64,000 nucleotides of DNA from Octopus vulgaris (taxonomy: Eukaryota). Positions within the stretch are counted from its first letter, which is position 1; the number at the start of each line of letters is the position of its first letter. The position numbers and the translations under genes are program-made. Under the pieces are notes generated by a model. It saw only the letters and a program-made list of their open reading frames with translations. It was not told the origin of the DNA and searched no databases. This document shows, in pieces, positions 39,788 through 53,490 of this stretch. The DNA lies in NCBI GenBank assembly GCA_951406725.2, contig OX597831.1, positions 20,088,001 to 20,152,000 on the forward strand. The letters are read 5' to 3'.

Positions 39788-40397
39788 AGAAATGTGATCT
39801 CGGTCATTTATATCAACGGGAACCAGATAGCCGGCGTTAACGAGTCCTAGAACTCGAACAAGGATAAAAGAAATTCATTTCAGCATTTCCTTCATCATTC
39901 CCTTATTTTCTTTTTCTTCCTCTGTTCTTTCTTTGACCAATCAACCAATCGCGAGCAATATATTGATATATGGACGGCGCAATTTTGACCAGAAGTTCAA
40001 TAGCTTCGATTTAAACATGATTTGATTTTCACATTCAATGCCCGAGGCACCGCCATTCTGGACAGTAGCAGTTGTAATGTAGGGGGCTATTCTTTTACTT
40101 GTCACTTGTAACATTCATTCGATTGCAGCCACGCTGGAGTACCGGCTTGAAGAATTAATCGAACAAATCGACACTAGTACTTATTTATAGGTCTGGCACT
40201 TATTCTATCCGTATCTTTTGCCGAAACGCTAAGTTACAGTGAAATTTATGTTAACTTAAGCTGTCAAGCGGTGTGCACACAAACATATATCTATCTATCT
40301 ATCTAGATATATGGTCAATCCCAACAAGAGCAAGCAAGAAAAAACAACAATGCGAGGACGGGGTACAACTATTGTGTTATTGGATGCTCGGGAAAGG

Positions 40398-40490
<93 letters not shown>

Positions 40491-40524
40491 TATACGTGGG
40501 TATGTATATAAGTATATATGCATA

Positions 40525-41010
40525 CAGTGATCCCTCGTTTATCGCGGTAGATTGGTTCTGAGACCGGCCGCGATAACTGACTTTCCGCGAAGTAGGCACA
40601 CCATATTTACAGTATTTATTTAACATGTATTTGGACTTTTAAAACCCTCTTTGTACCGTTAACAATCCACCCATTACAGTAGTCTATTAATAACAAGGAC
40701 AACTGTGAAACAATAACACGTTAGATTTTAATAAAATAAAGATTGTTACTGTTACACAGGCCAGATTGCAAAATAGAAAGCTGTGATTCGTCGTCTCTCT
40801 CCATTGCACCAATCTTAAGTTCAAATACCCCTGTGTATACTGTTTTGCTATTTTACGTTTATTTTGTTGTTCCTAGACTAGGAAATAATATTTATTATTA
40901 ATATTTTAATGGATTTAATGAAAAATTTCAGGTACTCACATATGTATTTTTAAAATCCGCGAAGTCGTGAATCCGCGATAGTTGAACCGCGAAGTAACGA
41001 GTGATCACTG
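40525..41010. mobile_element. Tc1/mariner-pogo (Tigger-like) MITE
   Basis: TIRs cagtgatccctcgtttatcgcggt / accgcgaagtaacgagtgatcactg with TA flanks. Confidence 0.8.
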
Positions 41011-41087
<77 letters not shown>

Positions 41088-41242
41088 GTGTGTATGTATG
41101 TATGTATGTATATGTATGTATGTATATATATATACATATATATATATCTTTACATACACATATACACTTGTACATACATATATACACACATACATATAAA
41201 TGCAAATTAGCATATGAAAATATATTTATTATCAACTTATAT

Positions 41243-41677
41243 AGGCGCAGGCATGGCAGTGTGGTGAGAAGATTGCTTCCCAACCAGTTTGTTCCGTGTT
41301 CAGCCCCAATGCGTGGCACCTTGGGCAAATTCCTTCTACTATAGAATCGGGCTCACCACAGGCTTGTGAGTGGATTTGGTAGACGGAAATTGAAAGAAGC
41401 CCGTCGTATATATACATGTATATATCTATATGGGTGTGACTTTGCATCTGTGTTTGTCACCCCACCCTTTTCTATCATCGCTTCTCAACCGGTGTTATTG
41501 TGTTTACGTCCCCGTTACTTAGCTGTTCGGCAAAAGAGTGTTTAAGAAATAGGTCCTGGGGTCGATTTTTTCGATTCAAATCCTTCAAGGCGGTGCTCCA
41601 GCCTAGCTGCAGTCAAATGAGTTGAATGACTGAAGCAAGTAACAGAATAAAATATATACATATGTATGTTGTATGTA

Positions 41678-41736
<59 letters not shown>

Positions 41737-42398
41737 ACACACACATATATATATATATATGCACACACACACACACACATGCACGCATATATACGTATAT
41801 CTGTGAGAGCGTGTGTATAAGTATGTATGCATGTACGTATGCATGTATGTATAATTATGTTTTTCAACTGATTTTAAAGTACACGGAATATAAGAAGTGA
41901 GTGAGAATTCCGCATATTCCATTACACTCCAAAACAAATGTCTGGAAATAACATTCGTGTTATTACACGTATAACCCAATATTACAAATGCGGAAAGGCG
42001 GCGAGCTGTCAGAAACGTTGGTACGCCGGGCGAAATGCTTCGCGGCATTTCGTCTGTCTTTACGTCCTGAGTTCAAATTCCGTCGAGGTCAACTTTGCCT
42101 TTCATCCTTTCGGGGTCGATTAAATAAGTACCAGTTACGCACTGCGGTCGATGTAATCGACTTAATTCGTTTGTCTGTCCTTGTTTGTCCTCTCTGTGTT
42201 TAGCCCCTTATGGGTAGTAAAGAAATGGGTATTTCGTCTGCCGTTACGTTCTGAGTTCAAATTCCGCCGAGGTCGATTTTGCCTTTCATCCTTTCGGGGT
42301 TGATTAAATAAGTACCAGTTACGCACTGGGTCGATCTAATCGATTGGCCTCCTCCCCGCAAATAATTTCGGGCCTGGTGCTTAAAACAGAAAGGAATA
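41243..42398 (+). mobile_element. SINE family A (41243-41650) and dimeric family C (41996-42398)
   Basis: Match the family consensuses. The family C core is present twice (42045-42160 and 42230-42345). Confidence 0.75.
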
Positions 42399-42607
42399 TT
42401 ATTTGTGTGGAATCTATAAAAGCTATGTTTCTGGAGAAGTGATTCACGTGTAAAAGCAAAACGTTGTGTAAAAATTATCTAATCATTAGGTAGTTCTCAA
42501 TGAAACACGTAAAAAAATGTCCATAGCAGATTACTTTATACTGTTCTTTTGCCACCGCTGGACATACCCGGTCCCACAAACACAGAAGAATACATGCACA
42601 TACATGT

Positions 42608-42673
<66 letters not shown>

Positions 42674-42799
42674 GTACATATATATATATATACGTACATA
42701 TATACGTACATATATATACGTACATATATACGTACATATATACGTACATATATATACGTACATATATATACGTACATATATATATATATATATATATAC

Positions 42800-42832
<33 letters not shown>

Positions 42833-42903
42833 CGTACATACATGTGGTCAAATGTACAGAAAACAAAAGACGCTCGCCAAAAAAAGTCTTTGATGTTTCG
42901 AAC

Positions 42904-42967
<64 letters not shown>

Positions 42968-43318
42968 AGGTTATGAGAGGTAATGGTGTCAATAAGACCC
43001 AAAGGTTTCAAGTGATGCTGAGTAAGTGCTAAGGATAGATTATAGTTTAGCTGTAAGACCGATTTATAAATGTTCCAAAATCTTTCACTGCGAGGAACAA
43101 ACATAATAAAAACATAACAAGGATTAAAAAATAACAAGGATAAAAAATAGCAAGGATTACGTACATGCAAAGTATGTATGTGTGTATGTACGTATGTATG
43201 TGTATGTACGTATGTATGTATATATATTAACATAAATGCATATGTATATATGCTAATATACATGTGTGTGTGCATATAGGTGTGTGTGTATATATAAACA
43301 GACATACAGATAGTTAGT

Positions 43319-43382
<64 letters not shown>

Positions 43383-43439
43383 CAGACAGGCAGATAGATA
43401 GATAGATATATAGATAGATAGATAGATAGACAGACAGGC

Positions 43440-43523
<84 letters not shown>

Positions 43524-43527
43524 GGAT

Positions 43528-43607
<80 letters not shown>

Positions 43608-43947
43608 TTAGAAGAGAGACAGATAGGTGGGAAAGTGGAGGTAAACATGCCAATGTAAAGTATGTGTAATATTGCTTGGCAGAAAAGACGGTTGAAGATA
43701 AGTTCGAACCTGTTACAAATATTTTCAATTTGAACACTTTTAGGAGAGAGAGAGAGAGAGAGAGGAAGATGAAGAGGGAGAGATAGAGAGAGGGGGAAAG
43801 GGAGAGATACAGAAAAAGAGGGAGGGGAAGATTTGTGAGAGAAGGAAGTGTCAACCTGACCAAATAACACTGGTTATTTACGTATAATTCATAGACTAAC
43901 CAAATACAAACGTGGATTTCTGAATATTTATATATACTTATACACTG

Positions 43948-44012
<65 letters not shown>

Positions 44013-44262
44013 CATACATATATACAAACATACATACATACATACATACATACATACATACATACATACATACATACAAACATACATACATACATATATG
44101 AGTGTGTGTGTGTGTGTGTGTGTGTGTACTTTCAGTTTCCGTCTACCAAATCCATTCACAAGACTTTGGTCGGCCCAAGACCATAGAAGATAACACTTGC
44201 CCAAAGTGACACGCAGTGAGACTGAACCCAGAACCAAGTGGTTGGTTACCATACATCCTCAG

Positions 44263-44474
<212 letters not shown>

Positions 44475-44843
44475 TATATACATATATATCTTTATACATA
44501 CATATATATGTATGTATGTATCCATATTATAAGTACACGCACATATACACATGTATATGTATAAACACATATTTGCAAACATGTAAATATATATATATGA
44601 TAAATGTTTGTATATAGATATGTAGAAAGAAGGAAAAAAAGAAAGAAAAATGAAAGAAAAGGATTGATAGATAAGTACATACGTGCATTTCTATGTATAT
44701 ATGTGTATATATATCTATACATACACAGACACACACACACACGCGCGCGCGCTTTTGAGTGTGCATGAAATTGTCTATGCGTATTTGCATGCCCATAAGT
44801 ATGAGTGTGTATGTATATACGCATACATACATGGATACATATG

Positions 44844-44909
<66 letters not shown>

Positions 44910-44915
44910 AGTATG

Positions 44916-44948
<33 letters not shown>

Positions 44949-44965
44949 GTACATTCACACATATA

Positions 44966-44996
<31 letters not shown>

Positions 44997-45072
44997 GCAC
45001 AAATATGTATATATACATATATATGTATGTATCGTCATATATATATATATATATACATGTATATATATATGT

Positions 45073-45121
<49 letters not shown>

Positions 45122-45200
45122 TGGTGCTATTAAGTTGGTGGTGCTATTAAGTTAGACATGGCCTGGGCCAATAATGGCCGAAACCTATCAAAGTATCAAA

Positions 45201-45265
<65 letters not shown>

Positions 45266-45351
45266 TAAATATATACGTGTGTGCATCTATATGTTTGTGT
45301 AGCTACATGCGTAACCATGCATACGTAAATATAATAAATATATATACGCAC

Positions 45352-45405
45352 CTTTTGACTTTCTTCTTTGGCTAAACCAGCCCTCACTGCTCTGTATGAG
45401 GACAT
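45352..45405 (-). CDS. Calponin/transgelin-family gene, first coding exon
   Basis: ATG to AAG|gtgcgt gives exactly 18 codons, MSSYRAVRAGLAKEESQK, resembling the family N-terminus (M..R....G...E...K). The phase-0 donor matches the phase-0 acceptor at 361. Confidence 0.75.
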
Positions 45406-45779
45406 TATGTATACAGCAACCTCCTTAACGAAATGCGGTACGAGTATATATATATATGTTTATATGTGTTTAATCTATCTATATTGAGAGTGGCAGTTAG
45501 CTGTTCTCAGATGTTGTATATATGTATATATATGTATATACTATATGTTTATGTGTATATATATATATATATATTAACACTGAAGTGTGTGTGTATATAT
45601 GTATATATATATATAGTGAGCTAATGTTCCAGTTCTTTCGCCTAAGCAGCAGCGAAATGCAAGGAGTGTTTCACCAGCGGGGGAGAAACAGCGACTCTGG
45701 CCAAATGGATAATGTGTTGTTCATGTTGTTGTTATTGTGGGTGGTGGTGGTGGTGGTTGCGGCGACTGCGGCAGTGGTG

Positions 45780-46800
45780 ATGGGTTTAGAAGGGTGGTAG
45801 TAAAGTGATGATGGTAATGGAGGTGATGCTGTTATGATGGTGTTGGAGAGGGAGGGGTGCGTTGGGGGTGATTTGGTAGCTGCAGTGTTGTAGTTGGCGA
45901 TAGTCGTGGTGGTGGTGGTGGTGGTGGTGGCAGCGGCGGTGGTGGTGGTGGTGGTGGTGGTGGTGGTGGTGGTGGTGGTGGTGGTGGTGGTGGTGGTGGT
46001 GATGGTGGTGGTGGTGGTGGTGGAGTTGAAGGCGTTGATGTTTGTTGTGTGGTGGTAATGGTTCGACGTTGGTGTTGGTATTGGTGATGGTGGTGGTGCT
46101 GCTGCTGGTGCTGATATTTCTGGTGGTGGTATGGTGGTAGTGGTGGTGGTGGTGGTGGTTGCGGCGGCGACGGCGGCGACGGCGGCGACGGCTCTTGAGG
46201 TGTTGGTGATGATGAAGATGGCGACAGCAGCGGAGTGTAAGATGTGATGAGAATGGTGATGGTGATAGTGGTGATGGCGGTGGTGATGGCGGTGGTGGTG
46301 GTGGTGGTGGTGGTGGTGGTTGTAGCGATAAGGTGGAGTTTCGTGGGATGAGAGGAAGGGTAAGAGACAGTTTTACTGAAGTGGCAGTGATAGTAAAATG
46401 TAGTGAATCTCTCTTTCTCTCTCCCCCCTCTATCTCTCTCTCTGTCTTTCTCTCTGGCCTCCACCACCGGACCTAACTCCCCCATCGCTCTCACCATCAC
46501 CATATTCTTCACAACCATCATCATCATCATCGTCATCATCATCGTCGTCGTCGTCATCACCAACACCACTACCATAATCGACATCATCATCATTACTAAC
46601 ATCATTACCACAACCACCACCACTACAAGCATCACCACCACCACCAACACCTTCATCATCATCATCATTAAACATCATAATCGTCGTCGCCATAACTATT
46701 ACCACCACTATCCCCATTGAGGACATCATCAACACTACCTTCGCAACCACCATCACCAGCATAACCATCATCATCATCATCCTCATCATCGTCGCCATCA
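45780..46800. repeat. (GGT/GAT)n block followed by a (CAC/CAT)n block
   Basis: Direct reading of the sequence. The two blocks are separated by a ~150-bp spacer. Confidence 0.85.
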
Positions 46801-47069
46801 TCCAACGAGCAGACGTTACGAAGAATTAACGACATTTTGTCATTCACCTGCCCCTACACCAACCTCCCTCAAGCTATATTCCACATTTCGATGAGGTGAT
46901 AAAACAGCCGACAACTGATGAAGGGTCGTTCTTTTTGTTACTTGTCTTGTTTTCCATTTGGTTCTCTCGCTGTTCGCATAAAAACAAGTTCATATTCGTA
47001 TTTCAAGCTGTTTACGTTTCGTGGCGTCCTGTACCCATATATGCATATATATGTCGGTATGTACATATA

Positions 47070-47475
47070 CTCTTTTTTACTCTTTTACTTGTTTCAGTCA
47101 TTTGACTGCGGCCATGCTGGAGCACCGCCTTTAGTCGAGCAAATCGACCCCGGGACTTATTCTTTGTAAGCCCAGTACTTATTCTATCGGTCTCTTTTGC
47201 CGAACCGCTAGTTGACGGGGACGTAAACACACCAGCATTGATTGTCAAGCAATGCTAGGGGGACAAACACAAACACACAAACACACACATACATATATTT
47301 ATAGATATATACAACAGGCTTCTTTCAGTTTCCGTCTACCAAATCCACTCACAAGGCATTGGTCGGCCCGGGGCTATAGCAGAAGACACTTGCCCAAGAT
47401 ACCACGCAGTGGGACTGAACCTGGAACCATGTGGTTGGTTAGCAAGCTACTTACCACACAGCCACTCCTGCGCCT
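47070..47475 (-). mobile_element. SINE family A, full length
   Basis: Matches the family consensus. Confidence 0.85.
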
Positions 47476-47493
47476 ATATGTATGTATATATGC

Positions 47494-47573
<80 letters not shown>

Positions 47574-47581
47574 ATATATAT

Positions 47582-48741
47582 TGTTAAGACACACAGGGTT
47601 GGACCTCCGCGATTCGAACTGTTACGGAAATCCTCACACACAGGCCCGTTCGATGCAGCGAATAAGCTACGGAAACTCGTCGGAGAGAGGAGAGAGAGAC
47701 ACACAACCGCAGCAAGGCAACAGAGACACAGAGAGGCAACCGAGAGAGACACCAAAAGAGGCAAGGCAAAACGGCAACACTGGCTTACATTCAACAACTA
47801 GTTTATACGACAATCAATGGTTACAACATCAAAGCATTTAAGGCAAACATTTAAAGGAGGACATGCACGTGACTACTCAATACATCATACAACAGATCAA
47901 AGCATTTAAACATGCAAGTAACAATATAACCGTCCGGTAACGACACAACAAGTCACAATATCAGCATTTCAAAGGTACACGTCCGAAGACAACAGTTCTA
48001 TTTCAAATCACTTCAACAGATAACGTTCGCAGTTCTTTTGCAAAACACATCACAGATAACGTCACATCGACAAGTCCTTTACTGTTCTTTTCACTGTTCA
48101 ATACACCAATTCTTTTCACTGTCTCTTTACATCGTGACACGTATCAATACATAATCAAATACCTTAATTCCCAACTGAATCGCCAGTGTCCCATATTGCA
48201 CTCATCTCTCTCTCAATACTGCCAACTCCAGCTTGCCAAACCGCTTGCTCCTAAGACTGCAACTCCCTGTCCTGACTTCCAAGATCCGTCCGTGCTCTTC
48301 GACGACCGACTACCAACTGCCAAAACCTCACCTCCTTGTCCTGACTTCCACTGCCCTCATCTCCCTCTGTCTCTACCGCTCATACCCTCTCTAACTGCCC
48401 TGGTCCCTTACTGCCTATCTCTATCGCCCGCTGCTGCTACCCTCTCGTGACAGCTCTGCTATACTCTCTGCCTGTCCTTCTTTGCCCCCTCATCCTCTCT
48501 CACTGCTAATATCCTCTCTATCTGCTCTTAGATTCCTTACTCTATCTTTCTCACCACTTTCCTTCCTCTTCTTCAAGGGGTGTTTAGAACGACCTCTAAT
48601 CAACCGCACAAGGCCAGAAAGGTCCATCCAAAACTCATTAATCTCCCAGTAAACAAAGGGCTGTCTCTTTTCTTCCAGACGTGCCGGCGCCACCATTCCA
48701 AAGTGGGTCACCAAGAACTGCACTTAGCCAAACTCATAACA
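47582..48741. mobile_element. Probable solo LTR
   Basis: 1160-bp unique non-coding block that starts TGTTAAGA and ends TCATAACA (TG...CA with short inverted ends). ATAT flanks both sides, within a (TA)n tract. Confidence 0.5.
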
Positions 48742-48752
48742 ATATATATATA

Positions 48753-49156
48753 TGTCCGTTGCCAGCCTCGCCTGGCATCCGTGCCGGTGACACGTAAAAG
48801 CACCATCCGTTTCGTGGCCGTTTGCCAGCTCTGTCTGGCCCCCGTGTTGGTGGCACGTAAAAGCACCATCCGTTTGTGTCCGTTGCCAGCCTCGCCTGGC
48901 CCCCGTGCCGGTGACACGTAAAAGCGCCATCCGTTCGTGGCCGTTTGCCAGCTCTCTCTGGCACCTGTGCGGGTGGCACGTAAAAAGCACCCACTACACT
49001 CACGGAGTGGTTGGCGTTAGGAAGGGCATCCAGCCGTAGAAACACTGCCAGATCTGACTGGGCCTGATGAAGCCTTCCAGCTTCACAGACCCCAGTTGAA
49101 CCGTCCAACCCATGCTAGCATGGAGAACGGACGTTAAATGATGATGATGATGATGA
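48753..49156 (+). mobile_element. RTE-type retroelement 3' end with internal ~55-60-bp tandem repeats and a (GAT)n tail
   Basis: Four tgccagc...gcacgtaaaagcacc units, then ggcgttaggaagggcatccagccgtagaaac...ccaacccatgctagcatgga...acgttaaatgatgatg. Confidence 0.65.
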
Positions 49157-49164
49157 TATATATA

Positions 49165-49229
49165 CTAGCTGAAGGTGACCCGCTCTACGCGCGGGTAAGA
49201 GTGTGGTATATATATAAATGTATACAAAT

Positions 49230-49281
<52 letters not shown>

Positions 49282-50468
49282 AATACAGATATATACACTT
49301 TGTATATATACATTATATATATATATTTTTATATTTAGATACACACACACACACACATACACACATATAAATTAATTTCATTTTGAGGCCTCTGCTAATG
49401 TCCTGTGTAAGTGGTCGTCATTGAGAAGTAGTCCGCGCCTCAAACATGCTTCCCTGTAAGTGGCGCAGATGATACCATCAACCGTGCGAAGATCAGCAAA
49501 AGACTTCGGTCCAACATTCTCAAAAAGCAGCATTCTCAAAAAGCAGCATTCTCCAAAAGAAGATTTCCTGTTTGGTAGGATGAATATTATACACACCCCC
49601 AATGACGTTCTTCCTAGAAACACCGGGCCAATTGTCAAGTTCTGTTCCATGTGACCTGCGCTTCCAATTATTGTTGTCGTATGTGTAATATTCCGGTACT
49701 TCAGGGTAAATGAGAGTAGCAGCAAACTCATCAGCTGAACACAATTTAAAAAACGCTGTAAGCGTAGTCCCTTTGGGATTTTCAATGACTTGACGTGCAT
49801 TTTTCTCTGTGAAGTAAACCAGCTGTCTCTTCTGTAAATGAACATTCAGGTGGATAACTGATGGTGAGCTTAGATGAATCTCGTATCGAAAAGTGCGCCA
49901 CGCTGCATAATTGGAGGATACATACCTACCCAAAATGAATTGTTTAATTTCGTCATGTCTAAGGTCTTCATCACTGAACACAAACACGGCCATATCATCG
50001 CCCTTATTAATGTACTTGCAGAGGTATTGTATGCATCTCACCGAACTGCAGTACTCAACATTAATGTGTGCATTAAATGTTTTGGAAAGCAAAAGGTTGA
50101 ATGGAACAATCCAGGCATTATCAACATCGAATGTTATTAACCGTTGTCTAACTCTAGCTGTGCAGCCACCCAAACCTGTGTGGTGGTGGTGGCGATGATA
50201 ATTGTCTGTATGAATGCAGACAGACGTGTAGAGAGAGTGAGTGTGAAAGCTCTTATGAACACCGTTTGACGAATCTACGTTATATATAGAAGGTGATGGG
50301 AAGGGAGGAAATAGAGTGAGAGAGGAAGACAGATACATAAAAGATTGAGAGTGGACTTGTCAAAGTGGGTTTTTGGCCCTAGCAACGACACCTTTTAAGA
50401 TAGGGATTTCTAACGTAGCCCACGGGCATCGTCACCTCATTTCAGCATTTCAGCTTTATATATAGAGA
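49165..50468 (-). mobile_element. Helitron relic (Rep domain, internally deleted)
   Basis: Encodes DNAWIVPFNLLLSKTFNAHINVEYCSS..IQYLCKYINKG, DEIKQFILGRYVSS..AAWR and LRMLL...GPKSFADLRTVDG..CATYREAC.RRGLL. The 3' hairpin acccgcgcgtagagcgggt is followed by CTAG at 49165-49168. Confidence 0.88.
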
Positions 50469-50471
50469 AGG

Positions 50472-50532
<61 letters not shown>

Positions 50533-50767
50533 TTAAAAAAGGAGATGTGGAACACGAGTTCTGATATATAAAAAGAGGAAATGAAGAAAATGCTGACAAA
50601 ATAATTTAAGTAAGAGAGTGTATTTAATTAGGTGAAAGTTCTTTTTACCGGTTGCGCATTTGTTATGCTTATCAAAAGATATTTTTTTAAGGGAGATAGA
50701 GTTCCTTTCTGATAGATTTTTTTCTCTTATCTCAGAAAGGAACTCTATCTCTCTTAAAAAAAAATCT

Positions 50768-51850
50768 TGCAGCTGAGTTTGTGTCCACTTCATCTATGGC
50801 TAGTAGGACATCTTTTTCGCTAATGTCAATACATTCTATTGTAACCGCCTCGCTGGTTATAGGTGAGGCGGCAAAGAAGTCCACTGGTTCGTTCACTTGT
50901 CTGTGTTCCAGCGGGGTGGTAAAGACACTTTTGAACTGGTCATTCAGCATCTGACTGATCTTAGTTGGACTGTCTGTGAGGGAGCCATCCTTTTAGAGGA
51001 GGGGTCCTATCTTGTAGTGCACTGAGACTGTTTCTTTCGCGTAACGAAAGAAGGCCTTTGCGTTTGATTTAATATTTTTCATAACCCAGGCTTCTTTGTC
51101 TGCTTTCTCCTTCACATTGGATTGTTGCAGCCTTTTTTCGATCTCCATCAGTGTTGTTTTTAGGCGGGACGTTTCGCTACTTTTGGGATGTTGGTTGAGA
51201 CGATTTGCAACCTTCGTCCGTCGTCTCATGAGGATCTTTCTGTCTCTTGGAATCGTGCTCCTATTTGTTTTGGCCTTGTGCTCTGGGACATATTTATGGC
51301 ATACGGCTTGCACAGAAGACATGAAACACTCTAGTTTCATGTCAATGTCTGGTGTGGAGAGACATTCCCGCCAGTCCTCTCTGAGGATCTCTTTTTGGAT
51401 CGATTTCCAATCTGCTTTGTGGAAGTTCAGATTGGAGAGATTTCGGTGCTTCCTTTAGGCTGTATGTCTCTGGTTACTTTCGGCCCAAACATAGACAGCT
51501 CTATTATGTTGTGATCCGAAACTGATGTCGGTGTCACTTTCACATCATGGATGATGTCCATATTGTTCGTGAAGCAGAGATCCAGAATGTTATTCGCCCT
51601 AGTTGGCTTGAGTACAAGTTGCTCCATGAATAAGGCATTGGTGAGTGTGAGCAGGGACTCCACCTGTACTTGCTTGCAATGATTTATTCCTGAGAGTATG
51701 TGACCTCGGCCATTTGACGTTGGGGAAGTTGAAATCACCCATAAGAAATATGGTCACGCTGTGTTTCATATTCATGAGGATTTCTTTAATTCTTGTGAGG
51801 CAATCTTCAAACTTGCCTGTGTGATTTGGGGCATCCGGTGGGCAATATGT
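50768..51850 (-). mobile_element. CR1-group LINE fragment (APE endonuclease C-terminus and linker)
   Basis: FLMGDFNFP, QLVLKPTRANNILDLCFTN, SDHNII, IKSNAKAFFRY and LNDQFKSVFT, across frameshifts. Confidence 0.85.
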
Positions 51851-51911
51851 ATTGCATATGACTATATTATGTTGTCTTATTATACAATTAAGGTATCATA
51901 TATATATATAA

Positions 51912-52246
51912 AAGGGGTAAAGACCCCTTTCGGTCATGAATGACCATGGGATTGCACCTAGAAAGTTACCCTCCTAGACACAAGTCCGGGCAAGGTTGCT
52001 TATGGAAGACCAGCAGTCGCCCATGCATACCAGCCTCCCCTCCACGCCACCAGTGTTATCCAAGGGAAAGACAAAGGTCGATACAGCTTGGCACCAGTGA
52101 CGTCGCAACTCATTTCTACAGCTGAGTGAACTGGAGCAACGTGAAATAAAGTGCCTTGCTCAAGAACACAACACGCAGCCCGGTCCGGGATTCGAGCTCA
52201 CAACCTCACGATCGTAAGCTCGACGCTCTAACCACTGAGCCATGCG

Positions 52247-52248
<2 letters not shown>
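51912..52248 (-). mobile_element. SINE family B variant (tRNA head, CORE-like domain, distinct tail)
   Basis: Minus strand ggcgcatggctcagtggttagagcg...ctcgaatcccgg...cttgagcaaggcactttatttcacgttgctccagt. Confidence 0.75.
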
Positions 52249-52316
<68 letters not shown>

Positions 52317-52326
52317 ATATATGTTA

Positions 52327-52402
<76 letters not shown>

Positions 52403-53106
52403 TATATTATATTATATTATATTATATTATTATATGATTAAACGTCACATCCATTTCCATGTTTATATACATATAACACCGGTTATCAATTGGTGGTTAG
52501 GGATAAACACAGGCACAATCACACACAAACATGTACATACATATATATATATATATAATAATTGTTAAATTTCAAAATAATATAAATTAATTTATGTATT
52601 GGATTAAGTCTTTCTTTGTTTGATTTGCATAATAGTGGTTTTGTCTCTAATTTATATAATATAATATTTTACTATAAATTGGATTCAATCCTAAATCTGA
52701 TTTTTCCCTGTAAGTTTGGATCTCTTTTTGATGAGATTCTTTCAGTTTCCGTCTACCAAATCCACTGACAAGGCTTTGGTTGGGCCGAACCTATAGTAGA
52801 AGACACTTGCCCAAGGTTCCACGCAGTGGGACTGAACTCGGAATCAAAGTTCTTACCACACAGCCACGCTTGCACCTACATGTTTATTATTTGCTCATTT
52901 TTCAAACCGTACTGAGAGGAAAATTTAATGCTTCTTTGAATTTGTTTTAACTCTCGGCTTTTTGAGTTCAAATTGCACTAAAGTAATTTTTACTTTTCAT
53001 CCTTTCGAGATCGATAAAAAAGAAAAGGCTCAAACCAAGACGGTCTGATTGGCAGAACTGTAAGAATTAGATCGGATACCTTGCAATATTTCAGTTCTAT
53101 ATTTGA

Positions 53107-53395
53107 GAGATGAGGAATTATTTACATTATTTACATTTGACGGACATCTGTCCTCATCTTGTTTGTTGTTAATACAACATTTCGGCTAATATACCCTCCA
53201 GCCTTCTTCAGGCATCCTGGGGAAATTTAGAATTTTGGTTCTCATTTCTAAGGTATTTTTCGATGTTATTACTGTTATTATCATTTCGATGTTATTATTG
53301 TTATCATATGACGTAGTGGTTAAGAGCGCGAGCTACTAGCCCCAAGACTCCGAGTTCGATTCCAGGCAGTGACCTGAATAATAATAATAATAATA

Positions 53396-53426
<31 letters not shown>

Positions 53427-53490
53427 ACATCGAAATTTCTCCAGGACACCTGCAGAAGGCTGGAGAGTTTATCAGCCGAAACGCTGGCGA
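53107..53490. mobile_element. Penelope-like repeat with inverted segments and degenerate hammerhead motifs around a tRNA-like head
   Basis: Minus 53172-53218 reads gatgc CTGAAGA a ggctg...tagcc GAAA tgttgtatt. Plus 53445-53486 reads gacac CTGCAGA a ggctg...cagcc GAAA cg. A tRNA-like A/B-box segment lies at 53313-53378. Confidence 0.5.

Noticed and set aside
45168-45177. Perfect CArG box CCAATAATGG near the first exon of a calponin-family gene
   Set aside because: It lies in catggcc..ggcca-ataa-tggcc-gaaac-(tatcaaag)2, which has the same architecture as the LINE/SINE 3' tails. It is most likely a retroelement remnant, and one 10-mer is weak evidence of SRF control.
49063-49072. CTGATGA as a hammerhead core (also at 46915)
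   Set aside because: No properly placed stem II, GAAA and stem I partner could be found.
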